This document shows, piece by piece, positions 14,096 to 27,444 of a stretch of 64,000 bases of DNA. The stretch covers positions 209,250,001 to 209,314,000 of the forward strand of contig JANJGN010000002.1 in the NCBI GenBank assembly GCA_026770705.1, given 5' to 3'. The notes beneath the pieces were generated by a model. The model ran no database searches and had not been told where the DNA came from. It was given only the letters and a program-made list of their open reading frames with translations. The number at the start of each line of letters is the position of its first letter. The first letter of the stretch is position 1. Source of the DNA: Isurus oxyrinchus (Eukaryota). Position numbers and translations under genes: made by a program.

Positions 14096-15165
14096 GAGTA
14101 TTATTAACAGAAACTTTATCCCTTTTAATCTTGTCCAAATAAACATACTTGAGAAAGCAGATCAAAGAAATAGTAACTTATTAAAATCTCAAAGGTGTCA
14201 ATCAAAGCTAACACCCCCCTTCAACCTGTAAACAGATCCTGCTGAGCTAATCCATTAGTGAGGTTGGAGTTCAGCCAAGCATTCACAATGAGGACATCTG
14301 GGAACTATGTCAACAGAAACAGATGGCCAGGCATCTGTTTTCTAGATTAGGTGAAGGCTAGAAGCATAACAGCTTGTAATACATCTGGGACAAGTCCCAA
14401 GGAACCAAGGCGAGCCTTCTAACCAGCTTGTCTTGTACTTGCCAACCTCCATGGCTGCATCCAAACTGCTTCGAGATTTGTGGGCCTGACTCTATTCTCC
14501 TCCCCCACCACCCCGAATGAAAATAGTGCATATGGGGTGCATTTATGTGGACCTGGGTCTGCTGAGTTGGGAAATTTCCCAACTCAAGCTGACTGTCTCA
14601 TTGATGATAATCTGTCCCTAGATTTCTAGAATCAACAAAGCCAAATCTAACTCCCAATGGTACCACCACTGCTGATCCTAAACCTAATTGTGGGACCGAT
14701 TTCTGGAGCCATTTTCTTTAAAATGCAATAGAGCAGCAATTCTGAGGAGAGAAATTCTAAGGCAATTTCCAAGACTATTGAACACTAGTAGCCTTGATAG
14801 GAGATGGGCTTTTCTGTACACTACTGGATGCCATTGTTAAAATAGGTCTCCAAATCAAGTACAGTAAGCCTCATCAGACACAATCAGAAATTTGTCTGAA
14901 GTGATTAAAGACATGTGCTAAAGTTTGTATCCAATCTGTAATTATGGAATGATACAAAGATAGATGGGGCAGTATGAACATATTCCCATTAAAATTAGAT
15001 ACTCAGACTCCTTCCAGAAGCACTGATTCCACTGAACACAACAGCATAAGAATAGTTGAGCCACGCTGTAACAATGATATTAAGAAATAGAAAAGCAAAG
15101 TGAGAAAAAAAGACAGAGTCAGCGACAGATGGAGTTCTACAGAACCAACATTTCAATCATACAAA

Positions 15166-15992
15166 GGCCTGGATTTTAAACCAGAGATGAGTTTTGTGCA
15201 GGGGGCTTTTGAGGTGGGAAAATCCAGAAGAAGTTTCCTGCAAATCCTATAGAATTTAACTGCAGAGCTCCTTTAAGTAGGGTTTCTACCCGAAGACAGG
15301 CCAATTGACAATCTGAAGCCATTTCTGGTTGGAAACCCGCTTCACAGAGCTGAAAGCTACAACAGCAGGTAGGTGTATTAGGGAAGTGAGTGAAATCATG
15401 GGGTTTGGGCAGGGAGGGGAGTTCCTAATTATGTGGGCAGGGGGTACGGTGGTTTAGGGCTCCCAATTGCAGGGGGTTATTTGGTGGCTTGGGGGCTCAG
15501 ATGGGGGTGTTGGCAAACAGATCACAGGGCAAGTATACTGCTGAACTTGCTGAGCCTGGAGGAAACTCTCCAATTACTGGCCTATCAGCAGTACTGCAAA
15601 GGCACTTATCTCATGGATTCAGGCCCTCTCATCCCCTTTTAAGCTACCAAGTTTCCTCAGCCTGGGAAACTCAGCACTCTGGTTAAAAAGTAGAGTGACT
15701 GTTTAAGTGACGGCATGCAGCCTCTTCATAATATTCAATAGGCCAATTTATGACTGATTCAAACTGATTCCACTGAACGCAACAGCATAAGAATAGCTGA
15801 GCCACACTGTAACAAGATGGAATTCCACAGAACCAACATTTCAATCCCACATGACGAGCAGATTGGTTGTCCATCCCTCAACCCTTGTTCATTAAAACCG
15901 GAAGTGGACGGGTTTTTTCCATTTTAGATTTTTTACATTTTAATTGTAGGTGCGACGCCAATCCACTCATTTTTGGGAGTTAAAATTCAACT
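15166..15992. mobile_element. Decayed MITE-like element containing a copy of its own flank
   Basis: Begins GGCCTGGATTTTAA and ends TTAAAATTCAACTC. Internal 15763-15851 duplicates upstream flank. Confidence 0.45.
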
Positions 15993-16034
15993 CACTGTCC
16001 AATTTGGTACAAAGCTCACATTGGTAGAAACACT

Positions 16035-17140
16035 GGACAAATTTTAGAGTTCTTTGAAGTTGTAACATGCAGGGTAGATAATGGGGTAGCAGTAGATGTA
16101 ATGTATTTGGGTTTCCAAAAGGCATTTAATAGTGTGCTGCACAAAATGTTACTGCACAAAATGATAGCTCATGGTGTTGGAGGTGATATATTAGCAGGGA
16201 TAACATGGCTAACAGAAGGAACAATCAGGATAAATGGGTCATTTTCAGGTTGGCAAACTGTAACTAATGGAGTGCCAGAGATTAATGCTGAGGCCTTATC
16301 TATTTACAATCTATATAAATGACTTGGATGAAGGGACCAAGTGTATTGCAGCCAACTTTGCTAATGATACAAGGAGAAGTAGGAAAGTTGTGAGGAGGAT
16401 ACAAAGAGTCTGCAAAGGGATACAGACAGGTTAAGTGAGTGGGCAAAAAATTGGCAGATGAAGTATTATGTGGGAAAATGTAAGGTTGTCCACTTTGCAA
16501 GGAATAGAAAACAGAATATTATTTAAATGGAGAGAGAATGCCGTATGCTGTGGTACAGAGGGATCTGGGCGGCCTTGTACATGAATCACAAAAAGTTAGC
16601 AAGCAGATACTGCAAGTCTTTAGGAAGGCAAATGTAGTGTTGGCCTATATTGCAATTGGGATGGAACATAAAAGTAGGGAAGTCTTACTATAACTATAGC
16701 ACTTGTGAGACGTTCCTGGAATACCATGTACAGCTTTGGTCTCCTTACTTGAGGAGGGATATACTTACATTGGAAACTGTTCAGGGAAGGTTCATTTGGC
16801 TGATTGTTGCAGGAGGAAAAGGGTTTATTTTTTTCAGGCTAGGTTGAGCAGCTTGGGCCTGCACTCACTGTAGTTTAGAAGAACTGAGATGTGATCTTAT
16901 TGAAACATATATGATTCTGAGGGAGCTTAAAAGGGTAGAAGGTGGTGAAAGGACTTTTCCTCTCCTGGGGGTATATAGAACTGGGGGCACAGTTTAAAAT
17001 CAAGGGAGTCAAGGGTTGTGCAGGACAGACAGGAAAGTGGAGTTAAGGCCACAAGATCAACCATGATCTTGTTGAATGACATTGTAGGCTTAATGGGCCG
17101 AATGGCCTTCTCCTGCTCCTATTTCTTATAATCTTATGAC
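16035..17140 (+). mobile_element. CR1 LINE 3' fragment (RT and 3' UTR)
   Basis: YLGFQKAF, VTNGVP, LEYHVQLWSPYLRRDI motifs and a typical CR1 tail GGGCCGAATGGCCTTCTCCTGCTCCTA. Confidence 0.9.
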
Positions 17141-17206
17141 AATAAAAAGTAACAAATAAAATTTAGTTTGCCAATAAACAAAGCCCTCCTTGCCACCTTC
17201 TCCTTT

Positions 17207-17680
17207 TAGAAACAAAGAAAATAGGAGTGGGAGTAGGCCATTCGGCCCCTCAAGCCTGCTCTGCCATTCAATATGATCATAGCTGGTCCTCCATCTCAAC
17301 GCCATACACCCGCGCGCTCTCTCCATACCCTTCAAATCTTTTAGTGTCTAGAAATCTATTTCCTTCTTAAATATATTCAGTGAATTGGCCTCCACAGCCT
17401 TCTGTGGTATAGAATTCTACAGGTTCACAACCGAGTGAAGAAATTTCTCCTCATCTCAGCCCTAAATTTCTTATCCTGTATCCTGAGACCATAACGATAA
17501 AGGCCCTCCCCCAGACAGGGAAACTTCATCCCTGTAACCAGTCTGTCCATCCCTTTTTATATGTTTCTGTGAGATCCCTCTTATTCTTCTAAATTCCTGT
17601 GAATACAGGCCTAGTTGACCAAATCTCTCCTCATGACAATCCTGCCATCCCAGGAATCAGTCTGGTGAACCTTTGCTGTA
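17207..17680 (-). mobile_element. CR1 LINE 3' end
   Basis: Reverse-complement CR1 tail (GTAGGCCATTCGGCCCCTCAAGCCTGCTC) and ORF2 end (RFTRLIPG-like). Confidence 0.85.
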
Positions 17681-18520
17681 CTCCCTCTTTTTCCCTTTAC
17701 ACCTCACCTCCACTTGCCCTCCCCCTTTATTCTCTCCTATTCACCTTCCCCCCTCTTCAGCTGTCCCATTTCCATTTTCCTATTCCCCTCTCCTCACCCT
17801 TTCCCTTCATCCCACCTTCTCCTTAATCTGTACACCACCTCTTACTCTCTCCTCTTCCCCATTCCTACTCCTTCCTCCTGCTACCTTCTACTTTGCAGCA
17901 GTCCCCTTTCCCTCATTTCCTCCTGAGCCCTTTGCCCTGCCCATCCCCTTTTGTCCCTCCCATTTCCCCACCCTCTCATTTTTCATCTCTCCCTGAACCT
18001 TGTTAACATTTTCTCCTTTGACTCTTCCACTTCTCTCCCTTTCCCCATCCCAGCTACAAACCCTTGCCCTCTATCCACTTTTCTGACTACATCTTTTCTC
18101 CTCTGTCCATCAACTTCTCGTTCTCTCCTCTTCCATACTTTCCCTTCCCTATTTCTCTCCCTTTTCCAAGCTCTGTCTTCCCATCTCCCTCCAACCATTT
18201 GCCCTCCCTCTCTTCCCACCAATCCTCTCTTCCTTTATGCTCTGAACTTTCCCCTACTCCCTCTTCTCCTGTTCCCCATCCCCCCTTCCTCTCCCCTCCC
18301 CACTTCCCCTCAATTCTCCCCTTTCCCTCTTCTCTACACTCTCCATCTTCCCCATCTCTTCAATTCTCCTTTCTCCCTCTGCACCCCTTCATTGCTCCCT
18401 TTCCCTTTTTCCTTAATCTCCTCTTTCTACATCATTCCACTTCGCTTATCACTCCTCTTCCATTTTTCCTATTGTTCCTCGCCTTTTCCCTCTCCACCTC
18501 CCATCGGTTTCCCTTTTCAA
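17681..18520. repeat. About 840-bp polypyrimidine (CT-rich) low-complexity tract
   Basis: Almost exclusively C/T on the + strand. Confidence 0.9.
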
Positions 18521-20387
18521 ATGTCAACAGATCTGTATGTTTTGCATTTTCGGTTCTCATTTTCAGTATTTTTTTTACCTCTCCCATTTACTCAGCCGAA
18601 GTAATTTCTCAGACAACTCTGAATAAAACTGCAAACACCTGGCCAACATTTTACAACCTGAACTCAAGATTTTAAAAAACAAGCAACTGACAGCTACCAG
18701 GAAAAGGCCTCTTTATAAGTCTAGTGTTAAAGCACTTGGCAGCTGGATGTGACAGAAGGAGTCACAAAGGGAGCATCAGCAATAGAGCAACTAAGTTTAC
18801 AGTTTATAAAGCTTCCTTGATGGTATTTGGTGACCTCCCAATTAGCTTGTTAGGACAAGGCTTCACTATATTTAGAAAGTAAGAGATATTTTTACAATTC
18901 AGATTACATAAATTATATAATACAAAATGCATCACGCATGTGTGTAGATGATCTTTACTATAAACTGTGTGTGTGTCTGTCATCTACACAGGAGGGCGAA
19001 AGGAGAATTGAAGATATGGAGAAAAAGAAAGAGTAGGGGAAAATGCAGAGGATGAAGGGAGAGAGGATTGTTAAGTCTGTATGCAGAGTCAGTTTCCTTC
19101 TTTTTCATTTGTTCAGTTTTTTCTATCTGATTAGTCATTTTATTATTTTCATGACTCCTCAACTATTTTGTGCAAAACCTTTATTCCCCATTTTAATTTT
19201 CTTCCCAAACGAATTCCACTAAAAAGCTTCCACAGAACCATATTCTATCCAAACACATTCTACCATTTTGTTCTGATCCACTCCCTCCTGGTCTCTCTAC
19301 ACATCATCAGTAGTTTGTTCCTACTCCTGCAGAAAGAGAAAAAGGGAAAGTGAAAAGGAATGAGACAAAAGTAATGAGGAAGAAAGGGTAAGAGCAAAGG
19401 GCAAAGCTATATGATGATGATAAATAAACACAGAAGTTAATTATTTTTGGCATAACTACAGGGAAGAATAGAGTGGGAAAAACCTCAGTGGGGAGGGAAA
19501 GGGGTAACAGAGGAAGACCGAACATTCTCAGATACCCATTTGATGGGTGGGAGGGAGAAAAAGACACAAGTACACATACTGTGCAGGTGATGGAAGGGGT
19601 AAACAGAGGTTGATTGACCCTATTGGAGGTGTGAGGGGGGGAAAAGAGATAGCAAGACCCTATTTAGCAGCAGCAAAATCAATGAACAAATCTATAGTTC
19701 TGAATAGACTATATTGTATACAGAATCCTTGACAATGGCGTTTACACTTAGTGCCAAGTTACAAAACTGATCAGTCACAATACCAAAATCATGCCTATCT
19801 AACCGACTGTCTCCATGTCTAATTGTATAGGCATGCAGCCAGGGGTCTGGGAGCCAGGAGGATTTGGGGATGGGGGGGTGTGATTGTTGGTAGTATGATG
19901 GAGGGTGCTGGGATTTTAAGCATCCGACAGGCCGTAGGACTATTATTTTCCATAAAAAAAACTAGAGATGGAGCTACAGTACAACCAGAAAGTGTGGCCT
20001 TTTGTTTGCATACTACTTCTTTGGTTTCACTCAACTTCCAGGTGAGGAAGAATTTGACAAGTGGGGCAAAGGTGAGTTCAGTGCAGTATTTTGAATCAGT
20101 CCATGCATTTGTTGCAAGGAAAGATTGAGAGGGCCAGCCTTCACAATCTCTTTCATCAGTAGGCGGAGTGCAGATGCTTCACACAGAGTATTTTTCTTTG
20201 AAAGTCAGGAAACTAATTTAGGATTAAGTTGAAAAACTGTATCATTCATATGGTTCCTAAAGTATAGTCCAATGGAAGTCTTGAACATTCACTCAGTATT
20301 GTGAATGGGTATGATATTTAAATTTAATAAGTCTGAAATAGAATAAGAATCTTGCTCCCACCCACAAATGCCAGGCATACTTATCAT

Positions 20388-20541
20388 CTGGAAAAACTCA
20401 GCTTATATTTCACCTCTCTTCTATTTTCACTTAGTTCTGTTGAAGACTCATATGGACTCGAAACGTTAACTGTGTTCTTCTCCGCAGATGCTCCCAGACC
20501 TGCTGAGTTTTTCCAGGTATTTTTATTTTTATTTTTGTTTT
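20388..20541 (+). mobile_element. Short PLE pLTR insertion with 15-bp inverted stub and hammerhead-like motif (20433-20471)
   Basis: CTGGAAAAACTCAGC (inverted) is joined through CAGC to a direct pLTR end containing AGTTCTGTTGAAGACTCATATGGACTCGAAACGTTAACT. Confidence 0.85.
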
Positions 20542-21648
20542 GCAGTTTATTTTATGATCATCCAGTAGATGGCAGGATTCCACAAGGCAAGCCAGCTACC
20601 ATATTTCCCCCAACTTAAAGATAGAATACTGTACTTCAATTGAAGATTCAATATCTGAGGGGAGTTGGTGGTGATGGATTGGGGGGCAGGGGCAGGGTCA
20701 GGGGGAGGTGGCACATCTTGGGGGTACGCCCCAGTTACATTGCCCTGGAGCTCAGTAGTTACAGCCCAATGTTTTGAGTCCAGTATGACTCTTCTTCGGA
20801 ACACGGCACAAGGCGGCCTACTGTTGGCAATCATTCTGTATGATGTTACTCTGCCTATTTAATGGAGGTATTAACTTATTTAAAATGCACATGTTCATTT
20901 GCGAAGAGGAATGCTCAATATATTTGTTCCTCCATTATCAACAGTAATTTCTAACCTACATTGTTTTATTTGGCAATATTAAAAAGGTCTATTCTTCTCA
21001 TAATGGAAATAAAAGTCATAAGATGCTGCACTCACTAAGGAAACCAAAGCATAAAAAACATGGATTTAAGGAGCAGGTACAAGGAGCTACAGTTCTTTCA
21101 GCTGGTCTCCAGTCTGGGGTTTGCAATTTGTCAATCTCTTATTGATGGTTGTCACTCCTCACGTTTCCGTGATATAAATGAGTGGCTCGCTCCATAGTTA
21201 TTTTTGCTTCCAAAAATATACTTCATTCATAAAACTTCTAAAAATACATTACATGGTCGTTCAAAGTTGCATAAGGTGCAAAACCAAACCTGTTTCTTCC
21301 AATGTTGTAAGTTACTCAGGTTTACAAATACAGTTAATAATTACAATATTCATTACATGCAAAATATACAGCCTGAAAAGTTTTATCCTGTTTCCAGCCT
21401 CTCGGTACACCATGGCTGAAAAGCCTTAGATAGTAGCCTTTCCTCACTGCACCTCTGCAACAGCTGCCCCAAGCTTTACTGCATACCTCAGCATTTAGTC
21501 CTGGACCTTAGAATTTGCCAGTCTTGGGCACCTCTTTGCAACGTAAGACAAGCAAATTTCGGGCAGACCAAAGAGCGCCTTTTACCGAAATTATGGTCCT
21601 TCAGCCACAGGTGATGTTTATCTTGGTGTGCTTCCCTGGGAACTGCCA

Positions 21649-21690
21649 TAGATCACAGAGTCCTAGATCACAGCGTGCTAGATCACAGAG
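21649..21690. repeat. 15-bp tandem repeat, about 3 units
   Basis: TAGATCACAGAGTCC / TAGATCACAGCGTGC / TAGATCACAGAG. Confidence 0.85.
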
Positions 21691-21729
21691 CTGCTCGGGT
21701 TGAACCGCGACAAAAACCACTGCACTCCA

Positions 21730-22020
21730 GGTGTGCAGGAAGGTTCTGAGGGGGAGGGCCCTTCTCACCATCAGCCAAGGTACATCCTGGCACTTGTTTG
21801 AAAGTTCTGGTTATGAAGCATTCTGCCAAATTACTTTGACAGTACGTTCAGGGTACCATCCAAAAGAAGCCACCATCACCTTTCCCACAGGACCTCAAGT
21901 ACATTGTGTGGACCACTGCCTTATAGACTTGTGATCAAAGATGTCCTTCTGCTTAATGTTTCCATGAAGGATGGATGGTACTGTACTGTCCAACTGAATG
22001 GAGCGTTCTATGGCAATGTG
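21730..22020 (+). mobile_element. Possible decayed RTE RT fragment
   Basis: CCACAGGACCTCAAG (PQDLK) and TTCCATGAAGGATGGATGGTACTGTACTG (FHEG-MDGTVL, frameshifted) resemble RTE ORF motifs. Confidence 0.4.
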
Positions 22021-22767
22021 GCTAGATCCATCCTTCACAACACCAGGGGTATGTGTGGAGGTGGTATAGAGGCCATGAAGAACATGAGTTGGCATAGAAG
22101 TGGCATGGAGAGTGTGAGGGGCCATGGGAGGGTGGCATGGAGGAATGAGGGTGTAAGGGGTGAGGTCTAGAGAGCCTAAAAGCTTTTGAAATGGTTGGGA
22201 CAAAAATCACAGAAAACTACGGCAAGTCTTCTAACCAGCCCTCCTTGGCAGTCGCTCGTCCCCATGGTCACCTACTCTCTGCTTCCAAGGCTGGCGTGCC
22301 TGATTGCAATCCACACCCGCACCCCAGGAGTGAAAAATCGCGCGATTCTAGGCACTTTTTGCTGAGTCAGGAACTTTCTGAAGGAGGTGCAGAAGGAAAG
22401 GAACCTGGAGGCGTATGTGCACCAATCGTTGAAGGTGGTGGGTCCACCACCACAGTAGCCAAATCCAGTTCTGTGTCGCTATTTATAATTTATGGGACTT
22501 TCCTTAACCACTTTCTCAACCTGCCGTCACTTTCAAACACTTGTGCATGTCAACCTCGAGGTCCTTCTACTCTTGCACCTCCTTTGGAATTGTATGTACC
22601 CTTCCTACCAAAATGTGTCATTTCACACTGCTCGACATTAAACTTCCTGTTATGTGTCGGCATATTCCACCCAGCCTGTTTAGATCCTCTTGAAGTCCAT
22701 CACTGTCATCCTCTTAGTCAGAGTATTTTGAGGTGATTTGAATTAATCAACAGTGAATGAAAAGCAG

Positions 22768-22974
22768 AGATAAAAACAAAAAAACTGCGGATGCTGGAAA
22801 TCCAAAACAAAAACAGAATTACCTGGAAAAACTCAGCAGGTCTGGCAGCATCGGCGGAGAAGAAAAGAGTTGACTTTCTGTTGAAGGGTCATGAGGACTC
22901 GAAACGTCAACTCTTTTCTTCTCCGCCGATGCTGCCAGACCTGCTGAGTTTTTCCAGGTAATTCTGTTTTTGTT
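22768..22974 (+). mobile_element. 207-bp non-coding fold-back PLE with one hammerhead-like core (22878-22912) in its loop
   Basis: Inverted arms. 15-bp TSD GTGAATGAAAAGCAG at 22753-22767 and 22975-22989. Confidence 0.92.
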
Positions 22975-25900
22975 GTGAATGAAAAGCAGGCTGGTTCCAT
23001 GAAAAAGAATGAACTCTGTGTTGTGAGACTTTTTCTTGCAGTTACATAATCTTGAGTTTTGATTCAATCCAGGCCCACAGGCTTGGCTATAGCTAAGTAA
23101 AATTATTTACAGAAATGTCACATTAGATTAAATGATAGATATTCCCATTTGAGAGGTGCTTTGAAGCAAATTCTTTTGCAGGTTCTCCAAGTAATTTTAT
23201 AAGTCACGATGGTCAGTTTGAAAGCTGACAGTGATAGACTGTAAAATAGAGAAAAAAAACAAGGGGAAAGGAGGAAGGAGAGAGTGAGATAGAGAGAGGG
23301 GTGGAGGGGGGGAGCGGGGGTGGAGAGAAAGAGCAAACAGAAATATAAATCAAGATTTGGGAGACAGAGGGAAGAAAAGGGGCAGACCGACACATATGTA
23401 CACACAGAAATAGACAGTAACAAAAAGTACTGAGTACTGGTGAAAGAACATGAGCCAAATGAACTAAAACAAAAGAATAAATACAGAAACAGCTATGAGC
23501 ACCAGATATAAAGGATACAAGAGTTGGAATTGCAGCTTTTCCCTCTCAGTAGGCATTCAGAGAAAATGTTTCAAAACATGAGAGAATATTAACACTTTGT
23601 AAGATTCAGATTTGTCATAAACAAACTCACTAGTAAATATTTGCTGTCTATTAAAAACAAGAATTAAAATTGCACTGTAATAATACTTCTCGCAGGCAAA
23701 CAACAAAATCTTATGCAAGTATTATTTTCTGGCTGCAGCCAAAGCAATCACAGGCTCGACTTTGACTCTAAATCAAAATATCAACCAAGCGCATCTTAAA
23801 CTCCAGCATAGAACATTCAATTGCGCTTTCAACTCTGTGCATTAAACAGTAAAGAGTAAGTTTACACTCTAAACATGTCTCAGGCCTCAATATTTCTAAT
23901 CCCAAAATGATCTTCACATTTTCAGCTTTGAATGCCTCCAGTACCCTTTCTACACTTGACGTAAAACCATTATATCCTATCATGAGAGCAGACAATAGGA
24001 TGCTGATGCCACATGGAGACACAAAATGCAGATATCCTTGTAAAGTTTACCATTAAGTTTGGCTTTCATTTAGCAGATAAGAAAGAAGCACCTGGGAGGG
24101 CTGGCAAATATTTAGAAATATGAAGGTTACAAAATACCTACTGTAATTATTTTACACAAAAAATATATTTTAATATAATAAAACCCAAAAATCACCTGAA
24201 TAGTAGATAACAAAACAGGGAGGGGGAGGGGTGTTAATATTCTGTTCTTCACAGGGACGGTGCCAGATCAAAGCCCATCCTGGTTCACAGTGTCATTTGC
24301 TCAATCCCCAAGCTTGAACCAGTGAAAATGTATTCTTCCCAAAGGGATCATGAGTTAATTATGCAACAGAGACTATATTCCATTTACAAAACCAACCCAC
24401 AGCAGTGAACTCATCTATGTTAATGTTGCAGTCATGCTGCAATGGAGTGTGTGCTTTAAGTTTGTAACTGAAAACAGCTGCCTGCCACTAATTGGGGAAA
24501 AATTAGGGAATTATTACAAGTGTGTAAAAACGCTGGATGTCCTGGCAGGAGAAGGAGAACAACAGGAATCTGCGTCTGTATTTTGCAGTCTTGTGAATAA
24601 ACCTAGATTAAGAATAAGACTGGCTTCAGATTCATCCTTTCCTCTATGTATGAACAGTGACTTTAACAATCCATAGGATATGCTGCCACCCAGACCAGGC
24701 CCGCAACTTTTATCACGATCTCCAACGAGAATCTCAAATTTTATTATGATCTGGTTACAGACAAGTAACTTTTGTTTTAAAGTGGCCAGAATTAGAAATC
24801 TCTGTTACTTACTAAGACGATAAAGTCACAAAATCCGTGGTTTGAAACAAACAGAAGAACTTTTATTATACAAAAGTCAGCAAAGCAAACAGTCAACACT
24901 ACGTACCTTAATTCTAGATGTTAGAGTTTAACATGAGATAAACATGAACTAACAGGCTCAGGCCCACTGTGACATGTCTCTCCCCCCACCACGGATGTGG
25001 CAAGACATTTAAATTTCCATTCAGTTCAGTGGGACCACAATATCCCACCGGGCAAGAGGAGCTGTAAAATCCTGGCCTGAGTTCACCAAATGCAAGTTTT
25101 AATAAATTAAACATATCAATAAAAGTATTGTTAAATAAAAAGATTATTTGTCACAATAATTCATGCCTTTCTACAAAGTTACATTTCTGTTTATCTGTTT
25201 TACTTGTGTGAGTTACTACAACTACCCATTAAATGAAGGATTAATTTGAGTAATCTTCGAGGGGTTAAGTCCCTTTGCACAAGGGGAGGAATGGCTAGAA
25301 TAAACTCTAGAAGTGTCACATACACAAAAAAAAACACTGGCAGAAAAAACATTCTTGCGGGCAGTGAAATTACCAATACAATATTCAGAAAAGATTTGGA
25401 AAATATTTCTTGGAGAATTATTGCTTGAAATGACACACATTACTGAGCACTAAAGGCCTGTTCCTGTTACAGAATTGAAGATGAAGACTGTAATTTAGAT
25501 TATTTGACAAATTCTAATGAGTATTTTTGAAAAATGTAAATTTCTCACATTAGAATGCAACTTAGTTCCAGATCTAAGAAACATTCCTTAATCACTACTA
25601 CAGTTTCAAAGCAACAGACAACACAAGAGAAAGGAGGAGAAAAGACAATTAGGCTCATCATTTACTGATAGGGAGGGGGGAAAATAAAAAAACACTCTTT
25701 CAATACTCCTGATCATTGTATCCATTGGCACTTGCCGAAAACTGCACATGTTGGTTTGGATCGAGATGGGCAGTCATGCAAACGCTACATGTGTAGTCTC
25801 ACTCATGACTAATAGGTGTTTGAATAAGGTATATCAGTATTCAGTATTTCCCCCACCACCAGCCACCAATCCCCCCAGTCTCCAACCCCTGTCAATTTAT

Positions 25901-26989
25901 CAGTTTCAGTACCTCAAAAGTACCTTTAGGATGTTCTCCCATTATGAATGAACGCCTTCTGGAAAGCAGAAAAGCAATAAAATGGATAGGAAACGAGAAC
26001 ACAAAGTAAGCTTAGTATGCAGATGGATTATTCTGATCCTGAAAGTACTCTTTTTCACACCTTGGCTTGTGAGATATGCAAGACAAATCAATTCTGACAA
26101 AGCCAAATATGATTGCAACATAACCTTTGAATGTGTTGAATAAAGTCTACCACCTGACACTTCCAATTGATGCTAAATAAGGAACAATTTTATGCTGTGG
26201 GCCTCTGCCTACCAAGACCTGTTTATAGATTCTTCCAATGCATTTTGCATCATGCCCTTACAGCCAGCAGTCTGAAAAGGCTTTTACCCCAGCCTTTTGG
26301 ACTAGATTTCAACCAAGACAAAAACCAACGTCTAGTCCACTTTACTACCCAATTCCTTCACATAAACAAAAATCAGTAAAACACACTAAGAACATTTTTT
26401 TCAATTACAACAGATCTACCATGGTGCCACACATAAGCTAAGAAGCACAAGGTTAAAAGCAAATGGTAGGAAAAAGACCAGGCCACCTGTGAGCAGAACA
26501 ATGGATATAAGATAGGGCTCAGATTTGCTAAGAGGCAGAAGCCTGGGAGCAAGCAGAAGGGTGAATGCAAAACATAGAAGATAGCATGTGAGAAAGATGC
26601 AGCTAGCAGTAAGGAGGAATGGGCAGGTTCGAGCTAAGGTGACCCTAAAAGTGTCAGGGCCACAAATCTGCAGCTGGTGTTATGGAAGTAAATTAGAATT
26701 TAGCTCTTTCTGTTTTGGACGTTTGCTGGGTTGCAAAAGAGGTGTCACTGCAACCGAAAGGAAGCCAACACTTTCTTTGCTTCAGTTTTCTGATGTGACT
26801 TTCTACAACAGAAACAGTGAGACAATCAGAAAAAGTTATTATCCGCTTATCAGGTTGCTTCAGCATTTCAAGTGTGGTCAAAATAGGCAAAAAACTGGGG
26901 CATAAATTTTATTGTGAACCGCCAAAAATCTTCTAAGTGAAGTTTGCTCAGAAGAAGAGAGGATTTCATATGGTCACATGGGGACAGCA

Positions 26990-27437
26990 GACTAGTGATA
27001 ATTTTACAGTGGCAATCCTAGATTAATGCTCCAGAGACACGAGTTCAAATCCCACCATGGCAGCTGTAGCAATTTAAATTCAATTAATTAATTAATCTGG
27101 AATAAAATGCTAGTCTCATTAATAATGATCATGAAACTACTGAATTATTGTAAAAGCCCATCCAGTTCACTAATGTCGTTCATTGGATGAAATTTGCCAT
27201 CCTTACACAGCCTGGCTTACATGTCACATCAGACCCATTTAACTGCCCTCTGAAATGATGTAGCAAATCACTAAGTTGTATGACAGCTACAGAAAAAAGC
27301 ACTATGGAAGAACTTATACCACATGGACCGCAATGGTTCAAGAAAGTGGTTCACCATCACATTCGCGAGGACAATTAGGGACCAGCAATAAATGCTGGCC
27401 TTGCCTGCAATGCTGACATCCCAAAGGCAAAAAAAAA
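26990..27437 (+). mobile_element. tRNA-headed SINE with LINE-like tail
   Basis: B box GAGTTCAAATCCC, tail GCAATAAATGCTGGCC...CATCCC plus A-run. Homologous to 29418-29805 and 47330-47720. Confidence 0.8.
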
Positions 27438-27444
27438 GTGAGTA

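Noticed and set aside
17599-18675. Several long Pro/Ser/Leu/Phe-rich ORFs
   Set aside because: Artefacts of the stop-poor polypyrimidine tract.
21649-21690. CRISPR-like repeat-spacer pattern
   Set aside because: 15-bp period, no real spacers, vertebrate context and no cas genes.
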